64,000 nucleotides of DNA from positions 96,596,001 through 96,660,000 of the forward strand of contig OX597820.1 of assembly GCA_951406725.2 (NCBI GenBank), read 5' to 3'. Below are positions 13,828 through 27,087 of the stretch, in pieces. The notes beneath the pieces were generated by a model. The model was not told the origin of the DNA and searched no databases. It was given only the letters and a program-made list of their open reading frames with translations. Source of the stretch: Octopus vulgaris. Lineage: Eukaryota. The position numbers and the translations under genes are program-made. Numbering within the stretch: the stretch's first letter is position 1; each line of letters opens with the position of its first letter.

Positions 13828-14918
13828 ATTATTTGCAGAATTATAATGCATGAAATTATATACAAATATATCTGCAAATTTGTATATAATTTTCAGATTC
13901 CGTATCAATAGACTAGGACGACCTTAAGCCACTTTTTGTATTTTCTCTATCGTAGGCAGAAAACATCTGACGTGCTTGGTGAAAATGAATATCATATCTG
14001 GATTAAGCTCGAAAAATTGCTTCGGAAACGTTTATCTATTCAACAGAAATATTTCCGCCCCCAAATTCTGTAGACCTGTGTCATAAGAGCAGTTTTGGTT
14101 TTAATATGAAAAACAAAACACACTATGAATAATTATAAATGATGAGGTAATTACTGAGTCAGAGATCAGACTATGGATGTACTTAGTAAGAGCATAAACA
14201 TTTGAAAAGAAGTTCTTACACTACATATCCCCACGCAAAAGCTGTCATCGTAGTTACTTTAATGGTGTTTGTTGACTGAGATATGTTTGCACATAAGCGG
14301 TTTCTTTAAAGCCTTAAGTGATGACATTCCTTAGAAATTTTCGTTTCTTCTGAGGGTGATAGAGAGATAGAAATTCTAGTTGGCCAATCAAGATTAATTA
14401 CATCTTGAGCAAATAATATCGGTTGAGCATCAGAAAAAAATGCCTTGTGGAATTTCTTCCCGCTTTTAACTTTCTTAGTTCAAATTTCGCTGAAGTTGAC
14501 TATGCTTTTCATCTCATCGAGTTCCAAAAGATACTGTCCAAGCATTGAGGTTGATGGTGTCGACTAACTCTCTCTGTCTCTCCTCAAGATTACTGTACTT
14601 AAATCAGAAACAATTCTGATTTAATCTAATCGATCTCAATACTTGATTGGTACTGTGACCACAATTACGGTCGCCATATTTAGCTAAGTCCGTTTTAGAT
14701 TTTGAGTTTGAATGATACCGAAAGAGATATTGATTCACGCGCCTCTGGAATCCATGTATTAGCAATAGATCAAAGTCGATTCAATCGGCCGTAAATAAGA
14801 TATTGTCAATATAAGGATTGGTGTTATTGTAGGAATATATTTTGCTTCTGTGTATCAATCGTATGTGTATTGTCTTTCCATGTCCAAATGAACGCGAACA
14901 TGCTAAATATGACTCTCC

Positions 14919-14968
<50 letters not shown>

Positions 14969-15039
14969 ATATATATGCATATACAGATAGAGAGGGGAGG
15001 AAGAAACAGGGGGAAGATATCTCGTGTGTACCGTTGGCG

Positions 15040-15213
15040 ATTTTTTTCCTCTGTCTTCCCTTCTCTGGATCTTTCCTTCTATGTTTCCGACGAAGAGCTC
15101 TGCTCGAAACGTTAAACCCTCCTCCTTTCCTTCTTTCCTGAGCGTCCAATAATACTATATTTGTTCCACGTCCTCGCGTTGTTGTGTTTTTTTGTGCTTT
15201 CTTGTTTGGATTA

Positions 15214-15218
<5 letters not shown>
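15040..15218 (+). mobile_element. Penelope-type mini-element with minimal hammerhead-like motif (15083-15117)
   Basis: Copy of the 6955-7203 family that ends in a long (TA)n. Confidence 0.6.
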
Positions 15219-15268
<50 letters not shown>

Positions 15269-15292
15269 ATGTATGTATGTATGTATGTATGC

Positions 15293-15324
<32 letters not shown>

Positions 15325-15364
15325 GTGTGTATGTATGTATGTATATATATATATCTATATATAT

Positions 15365-15415
<51 letters not shown>

Positions 15416-15835
15416 GGTACACAAAAAAATGTAATCGATATCTATGTTTTATATAACGTACACGTGTTTCAGAAAACCGGCAAAACATCTATTACATTAG
15501 CTTAAATGCCTAGTCACTCTACAAATGCAACCGGCACTCTTCATTAACATTATTGACAAGAGTGCAACGTAAAGAGAGAAGCAGGCCCTCATACACATCA
15601 GTATGCAAATAAGAACAGTTATCATATGAGATTTGAAAGGAAAAGATAGTGAGAGAGTAAAAGATTATGAGAGAAGAGTGTGATCTGGTGGAGAAAAGAA
15701 AGCCCTCAGTGCTATGCTTCAACCAATGCATATGATAGCAAGAATAATATTAATCCCTTCTTATTTTAGCATAATGCCAGCAAATTTGAGGGACGGAGAA
15801 ATCGATTACATCAATCCCAATATTCAACTGGTACC

Positions 15836-16095
15836 GAGGATCTGTTCGATTTCGCTCATAGATATTTTAATTATCTCTTTTTAATTAAATAATTTGAAAC
15901 TCGTATACTAGTGTAATTTCTCACGCTGAACGTGGTTTACTTTCAACATTTATGACAAAATTTCGTATTTTAGAAGTTATTTCGTGTTAAAGTTGTCGTA
16001 TTTGGGTAATTATAACCAATCAACGACGTGTATTCAGTTGATGAAAGCTACTGCTGTTTGCGATAGTAATCGAAGAGCAACAGCTTCTGGGTCAT
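15836..16095. mobile_element. Unclassified DNA-transposon-like repeat interrupting a family A SINE
   Basis: Clearly homologous to 55093-55347. Flanked by the two halves of a minus-strand family A SINE (about 15775-15832 and 16096-16241). Confidence 0.55.
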
Positions 16096-16241
16096 CTCAA
16101 CTGGTGGGTATTTTATCGACCTTAAGCAGATGAAAAGCAAAGTCGACCACGGCGGAATTCGAACTCAGAACGTAAAGGGGGACGAAATGCCCCTTAAGCA
16201 TTTTTGCCCGGCGTGCTAACGATTCTCCCAGTTCACTGCCT

Positions 16242-16297
<56 letters not shown>

Positions 16298-16341
16298 ATA
16301 GTAGTAGTAGTAGTAGAAGCAGCAGCAGCAGCAGTAGCAGC

Positions 16342-16386
<45 letters not shown>
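16242..16386. repeat. (TAG)n/(CAG)n trinucleotide microsatellite
   Basis: Direct reading of the sequence. Confidence 0.95.
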
Positions 16387-16387
<1 letters not shown>

Positions 16388-16638
16388 AAAATAAAGAAGA
16401 CCATTTTCGTAATAGCAAGAGCTAGCGGTCAGCATCAAAGAAAGAAAGAAAGAAAGGAAGGAAGATAAGGACGAAACTGAAAGCAGAGAAGGGCAGTGAT
16501 GAAAGAATGTATGGCTTTCAAACAGAGAAGGAAATAGTTTAGCAGACAAGTTGCCTACTTCAGGAAGTTCTATAACATAGGTGATTGTAGATTCTGTCTG
16601 GCGCTACTACTCGCGTACACACACTTAAATCCATAAAG

Positions 16639-16769
<131 letters not shown>

Positions 16770-18223
16770 AACATAAACGCATTTGCACACGTAAGAACCT
16801 CCCGAAGATGTACACAAGAAACCTGTGACAGTTCAGGAATGTACAGCCAGCATATTTTATGCCAATAATAATAGTAATAGCAATAACAATCATAAGCCAT
16901 ACTGCAATGAAGACAGTTGCTTATAGAATTAGTTGTAATTAAAATCGAAGAGCAAAGAAGAGAGCAATTATAAAGTCACCATCGTCTAGAAGGTTCTTAA
17001 AGATTTGAATTTTCAAAACATTTTTCAACTAAAAGATTAATTTTAATTCATTGTGAGCGTTTTTTCAATATCTTAAACTGATTGACTGCATTTTTAATGT
17101 CTTACCGCTCTCTCTCTCTCCCTCTCACTATCCCTCTCTTTCAACCCCCCCTCTCTCTCACTCCCTTTCTTTCTTTCTCTCTCTCTCTCCCTCTCTCCCT
17201 CTCTCTCTCTCTCCTCTGTTTTCCTTCTTTGTTTATATATTTCCGATAGTTAATGCCTTAGCTGAAACTTCCACCGTTCGTGTTGTGTTGTTATTCATAT
17301 GATGAACGGAAATAAAAAAGAATATCGTTTTCCCTGTCGTATGTTTATATAGGTTATTGATATTAAAATGTACAAATGTGTGTGCGTGTGTGTGAACTGA
17401 AAACCACATATATGAGAAACAGTAGTAAGTTTTTCAATATGATTTCTTCCAGTACATCCACTAACTTCTTATGATGGATTTTTAAAAAATCATTTGAAGA
17501 TCATAGTTTCTGAGTTTGCAAGTTTTCAAAATTCTTTTTAAATAGCAAACTAGCGATCAAAATAAGTATTAGACAATGCAAAATATATCAAAACATACGC
17601 TTTAAATACAAACTAAATATATTTATATACAAAGCAAAATATATTCATACCCAACTATACACAAAAAGTGTAATGCACCTAAATGGACGATCAAAATTCT
17701 ATGACTTACAGACGTGTGCCTAACGCGCGCACACACATACACACACATACACACAGAACAAACATTTTACTTGCCACCAAGGCGATGAATAATTGGGGAA
17801 GGATTTGAGGGGGTAATCTGAAATCATAGGGGAGAGAATGAAATCCTCGTCCCCGCCCTCTTAATCTGAACGCGATTTCAAGTTACCGAAATATCAGCTG
17901 AATAGGATGGATGGGGGTAATCTGAAAGGTACATCAATGAATTTGAAAAAAATATCAGAGTGAATTTGTTGGTATGGTTGTTTGTTACGCCAGCGAAATG
18001 CCTGCGATTTCTAGCATAATAAACAACCATGTAGAGGATGGATGACTTTTGAGTTTGTTTAAGGGAGAGCAATTAAGACTGATAGAATAACAAAATATTT
18101 ACTGAGCAAGTGTAGGCTGCTAGATAAAAAGTACAAAGGAAAATAGATGTAACACTGGGGTCGATGTAATCGACTGACCCTTTCCCCCGAAACTGCTGGA
18201 CTTGTGCCAAAATTTGAACAATT

Positions 18224-18390
18224 CAGGAGTGGCTGTGTGGTAAGTAGCTTGCTTACCAGCCACATGGTTATGGGTTCAGTCCCACTGCGTGGCACCTTGG
18301 GCAAGTATCTTCTACTATAGTCTCGGTCCAACCAAAGCCTTGTGAGTGGATTTGGTAGACGGAAACTCAAAGAAGCCCGTCGTATATATG

Positions 18391-18486
<96 letters not shown>

Positions 18487-18652
18487 TGTGTCTGTGTTCG
18501 TCCCCCTAGCATTGCTTGACAACCGATGCTGGTATGTTTATGTCCCCGTAACTTAGCGGTTCGGCATAAGAGACCGATAGAATAAGTGCTAGGCCTACAA
18601 AGAATAAGACCTGGGGTCGATTTGCTCGACTAAAGGCGCTGCTCCAGCATGG
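18224..18652 (+). mobile_element. SINE family B
   Basis: caggagtggctgtgtggtaag..gggttcagtccc..ccttgggcaagt (CORE-like). Confidence 0.85.
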
Positions 18653-18797
18653 CATTTCAACCGTCTTTACATTCTGACTTTGCTTTCATCTTTTCAGGGT
18701 CAATAAGAGAAATCCCAGTGTTAAACATCGATGTCGATGTACTCGACTAGTACCTTCCCCCAAAATTTGAGGTCTTGTGTCTATAGTGGAAAGAATT

Positions 18798-18832
<35 letters not shown>

Positions 18833-18851
18833 TATTATTATTATTATTATT

Positions 18852-19407
18852 GAGTGAGAGAGCAGTGCATGCCATCAAAGTGACACTGGGGTAAATATAT
18901 ACGAAACCCAGTATACCCATCATGACTACCCGTCTGATAAGGGTACACAAGGCACATGCATCACAACCCTATGTGCGTGACATGGTGATCCCATATCGAG
19001 ATAAACAGCACATGACCTTGCAGGTGAGGCCCAGTTAGAATTTTCTTCTGGTCGAGTAACCAATCCCGCTCAAAAGCTCCCTGAATAAGGGTTGTTTAAG
19101 GATGTTGAATGAAACACCTATGTTTCCAGAGTTGAATTTTTCAAACCCCAAAGAAACTCTTTCAACACAACGCTATGATGCTCCCCCATTACTTCTGCTC
19201 GTAAACAGAGATGCACATATCGTCAGCCACTAAGGGACATGGTCAACTGGTTAAGGTCAAACAACTGACAAGCAAATCTGTGGTATCGAGCAGAATATTT
19301 GCTGTAGCCCATCTTTTATACCAAGACAAAACAATGTACATGATAACACTTCCAATCAGTTAAGATTAGAAGCCACGAGGGCCACTGCTGGTACTGCATC
19401 AGGGCAT
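18852..19407. mobile_element. ~555-bp non-coding interspersed element embedded in (TAA/TCA)n
   Basis: Full inverted copy at 35036-35593 and a partial copy at about 54780-54930. Both full copies are flanked by trinucleotide repeats. Confidence 0.75.
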
Positions 19408-19444
19408 TATTATTATCATCATCATCATCATTATTATTATTATT

Positions 19445-20140
19445 ATTACTTTTTTTTTTCTTCTTTCAAATTTGCTTCCATTTCTTGCCGAGTGCCTTCC
19501 CGACTCCTAGGGCAAAGAAACTCATAGTATACATTGGTAGGCCATTAAACCAAACTCAATAGTTCGTTCATTTTTTTTTTTTTTTTTTAAGTTAAATTAA
19601 AATACATGAGCAGCAACAGTTCTCACATCGACAATGCTCTTCTCAATACGTGTGATGTACCAGTTAAGACAATCTTTTGCACTTCTTGCAGGGATGGTAA
19701 GCCAGGGATCATTCTCATATAATTTTCGGTTCCCTTCTTGATCCTTCCTAGTGCTCCTACGATCACTGGTATTGTAACCGCCTTGAGATGCCACATTTTC
19801 TCAATTTCAATGAGTAGGTCTTTATATTTTCTGAGCTTGTCAAACTCTTTCGCTGAGATATTATGATCACAGGGGATGCTCATGTCGATCAATAAGCAAA
19901 CTTTATTGTTTTGGTCTTTCACAACAATATCTGGTTTATTGGCCTTGATGGTTCGGTCTGTATGTACTGGAAAGTCCCACAGAATGGTTACATTTTCTCC
20001 TTCAGTTACAGCCTCAGGGTGGTGATTATACCACTTGTCGGCAGTTTTGATATTGTAATGCCGACTTATTAGCCAGTGTAGATATTGGCCAACTCTGTCA
20101 TGTCTGGTGCTAAGACTTTACATCCAGAGATTAGGTGGTC
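19445..20140 (-). mobile_element. R4/Dong-clade non-LTR retrotransposon 3' fragment (RLE domain plus 3' UTR)
   Basis: ILWDFPVHTDRTIKANKPDIVVKD..CLLIDMSIP..KYKDL..IPVIVGALG..QKIVLTGT. Flanked by (TTA)n. Confidence 0.9.
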
Positions 20141-20196
20141 CTTATTATTATTATTATCATCATTATTATTATTATTACTATTATTATTATTATTAA

Positions 20197-20436
20197 AGGT
20201 AGCTGGCAGAATCGTTAGCATGCTGGGCAAAATGCTTAGCGGCATTTCGTCCGCCTTTACCTTCAGAGTTCACATTCCACCGACGCTGACTTTGCCTGTC
20301 ATCCTTTCGGGGTCGATAAATTAAGTGCCAGTTGAATCCTGGGGGTCAATCTAATACACTTAGCCCTCCCCCAAATTGCTGGCCTTGTGCCAAAATGAGA
20401 AATCATTATTATTATTGTTGTTCTTGTTGTTGTTGT

Positions 20437-20470
<34 letters not shown>

Positions 20471-20710
20471 TTTGTTTTTGTTGTTGTTGTTGTTATTACG
20501 GCAGTAATTTTCAGAATCATTAGAACGCAGTACAAAATGCTTCGTGGCTTTTTATCCGTCTTTACGTTTTGAGTTCAAGTTCTGTTGAGGTCGGTTTTGT
20601 CTTTTATTCTTCTGGGGTCGATTAAATGATTACCAGTCACGTACTGAGGTTGATGCCATCGACTTCCTCCGCCACTTAAGAACTGCTGGCCATCATCCAA
20701 AATTTGAAAT
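20197..20710 (+). mobile_element. Two family A SINEs separated by (TTG)n
   Basis: Consensus matches at about 20197-20403 and 20508-20710. Confidence 0.75.
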
Positions 20711-21147
20711 CCTTATCATTAATATTATATCTACTGACTACATTCTTGACCTGTCACGAGTTTGCCTGAATGTGTATGTTCACCACTCTCATTATCATTG
20801 TTGCTTTCGTGCGCATCGTCCGTTTTATTTTTTTTTTCCCAGCCACTTCTAAGCGAAGTGAAATAAAGAAAACGACTTTTACGAGTTATGGAGATGATCT
20901 TCATATTTGATAGCTTTATATGTCTGGATATCAAAGAAATATTTCAAGGAAAACAAAACGTTTAATGTTTTACGGTTACATTATCTGTAGACGGGTAAGT
21001 TACAATGTGTGTATACGTGCGTATGAATATATGTATTTATATATGTGTATATGTCTGTGTATGTGTGTGCACGTGTATGTCAGTATGTCTGTATGCATGC
21101 ATGTAGGTAGGTAAGGTGGTTGGTAAGTAAATATGTATATATATATA

Positions 21148-21189
21148 TCTATATATAAACGGCAAAATGTCTGTGTGTATGTGTGTGTG

Positions 21190-21224
<35 letters not shown>

Positions 21225-21420
21225 ACGTGTCCTTTATACAAATCCACAATTTTTCAGTTAGAGGGCTCGCACTTTCTATGATCATTCAAAACCGTCCAAG
21301 GGTGGTCGTGCACATCTTTACATTTCCCCAGTCACCCCGCAAAGCCATTAAAAAATCTATAGAAGTGACTTTTTTGTGAATTTTCTATCCCAAATTCAAT
21401 CAAAATGCCAGAAACTTGAT
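21148..21420 (+). mobile_element. Helitron 5' end fragment
   Basis: tctatatataaacggcaaaatgtctgt matches the 5' terminus of 55519. No 3' CTAG or hairpin seen. Confidence 0.5.
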
Positions 21421-21912
21421 ATATGTGTGTGTGTATATATATATATATGTGTACATATATATATATGCATATGTGGGCACAGGACGTCACGAAACGTGTA
21501 CCACAAAAAATACGAAGTACGAGTACATGGAATATGAACTATTTTTTCGAACAACGAAAGACACAAGCTGAAAACAAGACAAACAACATAAAGAACGACC
21601 CTTTATCAGTTGTTGGCTGTTTTTCTACTCTCGTATTTCGAGCATTTAACAACAATATACGCTTTTGATAAAACAGTTGGCCCCGCAAGGCAAATTAAAT
21701 AAAATTTGGGATTTTGCGGAGGGACGAAATTGGTAACACAAGCAGGACAGTGAAAATAAACAGGAAGGGCTGCTGAGCCTAAACGACGTTGTGGTGTCGA
21801 ACACGTCTTCCTTGTTCCAGTTCCAACAGAGAAAAAGAAAGATGGCCGATGGTTACGTGAGAGTCACGTGGGCAAGGGAAGAGGAGTGAGGGATATATAT
21901 AGATACATACAT

Positions 21913-22300
21913 GTCACTAACTGATAAATGGTGCTAGTCAGCATTAGCATTGCTAGAAATAAGAGTAAGAGCAATTCTTAGCTGCGGAGTTAAGCACTTA
22001 CCTAATGACTGACAAGAGAGACAAGCTCCCTACAGTGAGACAGAGCCAGATCATCGATGATTTCGGATATGATTAATCTTCATCAGAAACTCTCACCCGG
22101 TTAAAGCTAACTCGCCTTGTCATAGGAATTAGAGGCTGATTCCATAAATGGTAAAAGTGAAACTTATAAATTGCTAAAGTGGCTTATTGGCAATTTACAA
22201 CCAAAAGGCGCGAGTATGGACGTTCCCATGTCAATCATTAGGTAAGTGCTTCCCCGTGGCTATGAGTTGATGCTGACTAGCACCCTTAGTCGCCTTAGTG
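21913..22300. mobile_element. Imperfect inverted-repeat Penelope-type element containing a hammerhead
   Basis: Arms ggtgctagtcagcat/atgctgactagcacc and aagcacttacctaatga/tcattaggtaagtgctt. Confidence 0.55.
22043..22092 (-). ncRNA. Type I hammerhead ribozyme motif (PLE-type, palindromic stem III)
   Basis: Minus strand: gagttt-CTGATGA-agattaatcatatcc-GAA-ATCATCGATGAT-C-tggctc. The core is intact and the stem I and II closing pairs are imperfect. Confidence 0.65.
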
Positions 22301-22391
22301 GCGTTTATACTTGTGCTGTTTGATTGCTAATTGCGAATAAGCCACTTTAATAATTGATATGTGTGTGTGTGTGTGTGTGTGTGTATGTATA

Positions 22392-22448
<57 letters not shown>

Positions 22449-22730
22449 GTGTTTCTGTGTGTATATGTATATATATATTCTATTCTTTCATTCTTTTACT
22501 TGTTTCAATTATTTGACTGTAGCCATTCTGGAGCACTGCCATTAGTCGAGCTGATCGAGCCCAGGACTTATTTTTTGTAAGCCTAGTACTTATTCTATCG
22601 GTCACTTTTGCCGAAACCACTAGGTTACGGGAACTTAAACACACCAACATCGGTTGTCAAGCGATGGTGGTGGGGGACGAACACAGACATACTAACAGAT
22701 ACATAATACATACATATATATGTATATATG

Positions 22731-22817
<87 letters not shown>

Positions 22818-23564
22818 ATATATATATGTGAATATTTTTAATTGACGCCTTGTTATTCGGATATGAATTTATTTTTCGTGCGTACAAATCTATTTAAAAT
22901 TAAATATGTATATGATTAGCCATTAGCGACGTCAAAAAGAACAATTATCGTTATTTTCACGCTGTTATTTATCGCATTATCTACTTCGAGTTTTACCACT
23001 CCTAAAATGGAATTATTTCACGTTCTCTCCAGGTTGCTAAAGTTTTATGACGTCATACACACGCACATACACATATGTATCCGTTTAGTGTAAACTGTCG
23101 GAAAATGAGTAATCAATACCATATAGAGACTAATACATTTTATTTGGTTAATGTCAGTCTCTTGCTACTCCTGTTGATGCTCACGATCTTCGAGCGAGTT
23201 ATGCCCGAAAATTGATTGGAATTGCATATCTATATATGGGTTTCTTGTCATAGAGAGAAAATTATGATAAAAGGAGAAAAATAGAAGAAATAAAAAGAGG
23301 GAAAATAAATGGAGAAAGAAGAAAAGGTGAAGGAATAGAATATAAGAAAAAGAGGAAATGAAGAAAGAAGGAGGAAGAAGAGATGAAGAGAGAGGGATGA
23401 AGAGGAAATGAAGGGAGTTTATTGATCGGATATAAGGAAGTAGGATGTGTGGGTGTTAGATTGAGCAAAGAATGCAATGGAAAAATTCAGTAGAAAAATC
23501 GCAGAAAAATGAACTTTGGTATCGTCTACATTTAAGGGTAGGAATGGATGAATGGATGATTGAA

Positions 23565-23612
<48 letters not shown>

Positions 23613-24072
23613 GGCTTGACAGTTAATATGAATAACAGTGGGGCTGCTCATTTAAAAGAATGGCCAAAACGAGTGGGTAGCTTGTGGTAGTTATGAGTAA
23701 TCAAAATATAGAATACTACAAAATTATTAAGGAGTAAATGGAATAAATGAAGATATGGCAGTATATTGAAAGAGGTAGTAATAAAATATTGGAAATTTCT
23801 AAAAAAATATGACAATTAAAATGAAAGGAAAAAAAAAAAAACCTTAGCAACAGGAGTGTTGTTTTCGAGCAGGGGTCTGGGAACTTTTTAAAGCAGTTAC
23901 CCCAAAATATATTTATTTACGCCGACGTTACCCACTGGATTTGAAAGTAAATAAAATCATAAATTCTTTGATTGCAAAAGGTTTGTTGAATCTATTTACA
24001 TGTTCATTACATTGAACAGATGCAATGCTGCCACAAGAAAAACTTCCATTGTAATAAGGAATACGTTTTTAT

Positions 24073-24304
24073 ATATTGTTATATTTAGGAATGGTCATTT
24101 TGCCAGTTTAGCCAATAAAAACACACGCACTATATATATGGTGTTACTTTGCTTCAGCGTTATTCATTAAGATTAATGTAAAAAATGAATATCGCTGAAG
24201 CAAAGTAACACCAAATATATAGTGCGTGTGTTTTTATTGGCTAAACTGGCAAAATGACCATTCCTAAATACAACAATATCTGTTTCAACACACTATTTCA
24301 CATA
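24073..24304. repeat. Long hairpin/inverted-repeat mini-element (~95-bp arms)
   Basis: Near-perfect arms at about 24073-24167 and 24185-24279. Second copy at 51973-52184. Confidence 0.85.
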
Positions 24305-24762
24305 CCTTAGGTACATGGTTAGTAGTATGCCAATTAAAGAACTTTCACTATTTAGGTTACTTGATGTCATCCACTGTTTCAGGAATTCTGTAGTGTTTGT
24401 TGAGTTTATAATGAATGAGGGAAACGGAAAATGGAGTTTGCAAGAATCTTTATTCAGCTCGACGATCGTTTCGACCCATCCTGCATCTGTCCCTTGCGGA
24501 TGGGATACTGTATAGCTGGTTGTGTTGCACCCAACAATGCAAAATGCATCTCATCGCCTGTCATATTTTGAATAAGATACTTCGCTAAATATACTCGGTT
24601 TTGCTTGACATGTTGTTGACACCAGTAGGTTGTTGGCTATAATGATAGAGGATGGATACAATTTCCGGGTTATAACTGGTAAATGGGCCTGGCTATATAC
24701 CGTTCAAAGTGAATACATGACATACAGTAAAGAAAAAATGAGCAATAAAGAAAAAATGATCT

Positions 24763-25036
24763 TATATGCATTAGATCATCAATCTAATTTTTTAAGGCAT
24801 TAACACGTTGGATGACGTGTTAATAAATACGCAATGCCTGAGATAAGGATGAACTCGCCATGGATGCAACGCTTTTTGTCATAGATCTGTTCAGTCATAT
24901 CCAACCTTGGGTTAAACAACAACTTCAACCAGAAAAAATGGGAAAACAGAACCCAAGTAAACTGACAGGAAATTTGTTTAGGGGGTGCAAACTCAGGTCC
25001 AAATTTTTTTACAAAGCCATTTTTTTTTTTAATCTT
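24763..25036. repeat. 274-bp direct repeat, copy 1
   Basis: Near-identical to 26379-26652. Confidence 0.9.
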
Positions 25037-25820
25037 TACAAAGCTATTTTTTCCACACACACACACACAAACACAAACGACGGGCTTCTTTCATTTTCCG
25101 TCTATCAAGTTCACTCACAAGGCTTTGGTCGATCCGAGACTATATTTGAAGTCACCTGCCCAAGGTGCCAAACTGTGAGATGGAACCCGGAACCATGTGG
25201 TTGGGAAGCTAACTTCTTATCACCCAGAATAGCTTTCTTAGATTTTTTGTCAATATTCTAAACCTAGCCAAGATTTTACTACTCGTTTCCTTCTAATTGT
25301 TTTGGGCTTTTGCACTTAGAAATTTATGAGAGTCAACTGTAACACTTAGTTAAGTTCTATTAAGTTACCATTTTTAGGTTAAATTGGTTTCAGGCAGATA
25401 AGAGATAAAAAAATCTTTTATCTAGCTTGACCTAATTTAGTTTGAAAAAATATAAATACGGAACCCAAAATCGGTTCTATCTCTTTGGTCACTTAGCGCT
25501 TAGTCGAAGAACATCTATTTCTCTCCCTTCACTTATAGATTGTCAACGCGTGACAGTAGAACTTTCATCCTATTTACTTGTCAACCAAGAAAGATAGGCT
25601 CTCTTACTTTTCTCTCTCCCCTTTTTCCACCCGTCTTCTAGCAGTCAACAAAAGATGAATTTAACTACCTACAGAATGGATAACAGAATGGCAAATAATT
25701 CATGTATAACAACAACAACTCGAAGAAGTTTTATTTTACATTGTAACGATGAAAATAAGAGGTCGTTTCAATAATAATATTTCTTCTACTCGTTTATTTG
25801 CCACATGTAAATCGTTATGT

Positions 25821-25898
<78 letters not shown>

Positions 25899-26378
25899 TG
25901 TGTGTCTGTGTGTATACGTACACACACACATATACATACAAACATGTGTGTGTATACACATTTGCACACGCTTATATACACATACATATATACATATATG
26001 CAAACTTACAGATACTTTATATTTCACCGGTTTAGAGATAATGTAACACAGTAAGACATTAAAATTTGTCATTCTTGAACTATTTCTTTGATGTATCAAC
26101 CTATAAAAGCTATTAAATATGAAGATCGTTTACATAACTCGTAAAAATCATTTCCATCATTTCATCAAGCTTAGAGATGACTGGGAGACAAAAATAGTAA
26201 CGACGGTGGATATGACGACGACGACGACGATGGTGATGATGATGACGATGATGGCTGTGCTGATGATGGTGGTATGGTAGTCATGGTGTTGATGGGGATG
26301 TTCGTGATGGTGATGATGATGATGATCGTTGTCGGTGTCGTCGTGACATCGTCGTCTTCGTCATCATCATCATCATTA

Positions 26379-26652
26379 TATATGCATTAGATCATCAATC
26401 TAATTTTTTAAGGCATTAACACGTTGGATGACGTGTTAATAAATACGCAATGTCTGAGATAAGGATGAACTCGCCATGGATGCAACGCTTTTTACCATAG
26501 ATCTGTTCAGTCATATCCAACCTTGGGTTAAACAACAACTTCAACCAGAAAAAATGGGAAAACTGAACCCAAGTAAACTGACAGGAAATTTGCTTAGGGG
26601 GTGCAAACTCAGGTCCAAATTTTTTTACAAAGCCATTTTTTTTTTCAATCTT
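26379..26652. repeat. 274-bp direct repeat, copy 2
   Basis: Near-identical to 24763-25036. Confidence 0.9.
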
Positions 26653-26674
26653 AATATCAAAACAAACACAGGTA

Positions 26675-27087
26675 TACTCTTTTTATTCTTTTACTTGTTT
26701 CAGTCATTTGACTGTGGCCATGCTGGAGCACCGCCTTTAGTTGAGCAAATCGACCCCAGGATTTATTCTTTGTAAGTCTAGTACTTATTCTATCGGTCTC
26801 CTTTGCCGAGCCGCTAAGTGACGGGGACGTAAACACACCAGCATTGGTTGTCAAGCGATGTTGGGAGGACAAACACTGACACACAAACATATACACACAC
26901 GTACATATATATATATATATATACGACGGGCTTCTTTGAGTTTCCGTCTACCAAATCCACTCACAAGGCTTTGGTCGGCCCGAGGCTATAGTAGAAGACA
27001 CTTGCCCAAGGTGCCACGCAGTGGGACTGAACCCGGGACCATGTAGTTGGTAAGCAAGTTACTTATCACACAGCCACTCCTACGCCT
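26675..27087 (-). mobile_element. SINE family B, full length
   Basis: Consensus match from the tail (tactcttt..) to the tRNA-like head. Confidence 0.9.

Noticed and set aside
18880-19235. Hammerhead-like boxes (GAAACCCAG..CTGATAA, and CTGACGA..GAAG on the other strand) in the 555-bp element
   Set aside because: The core nucleotides deviate, and the stems are not preserved in the second copy.
24455-24560. Antisense GAA-ACGATCGT-C hammerhead half
   Set aside because: The palindromic stem III is present, but there is no intact CUGANGA with a matching stem I.
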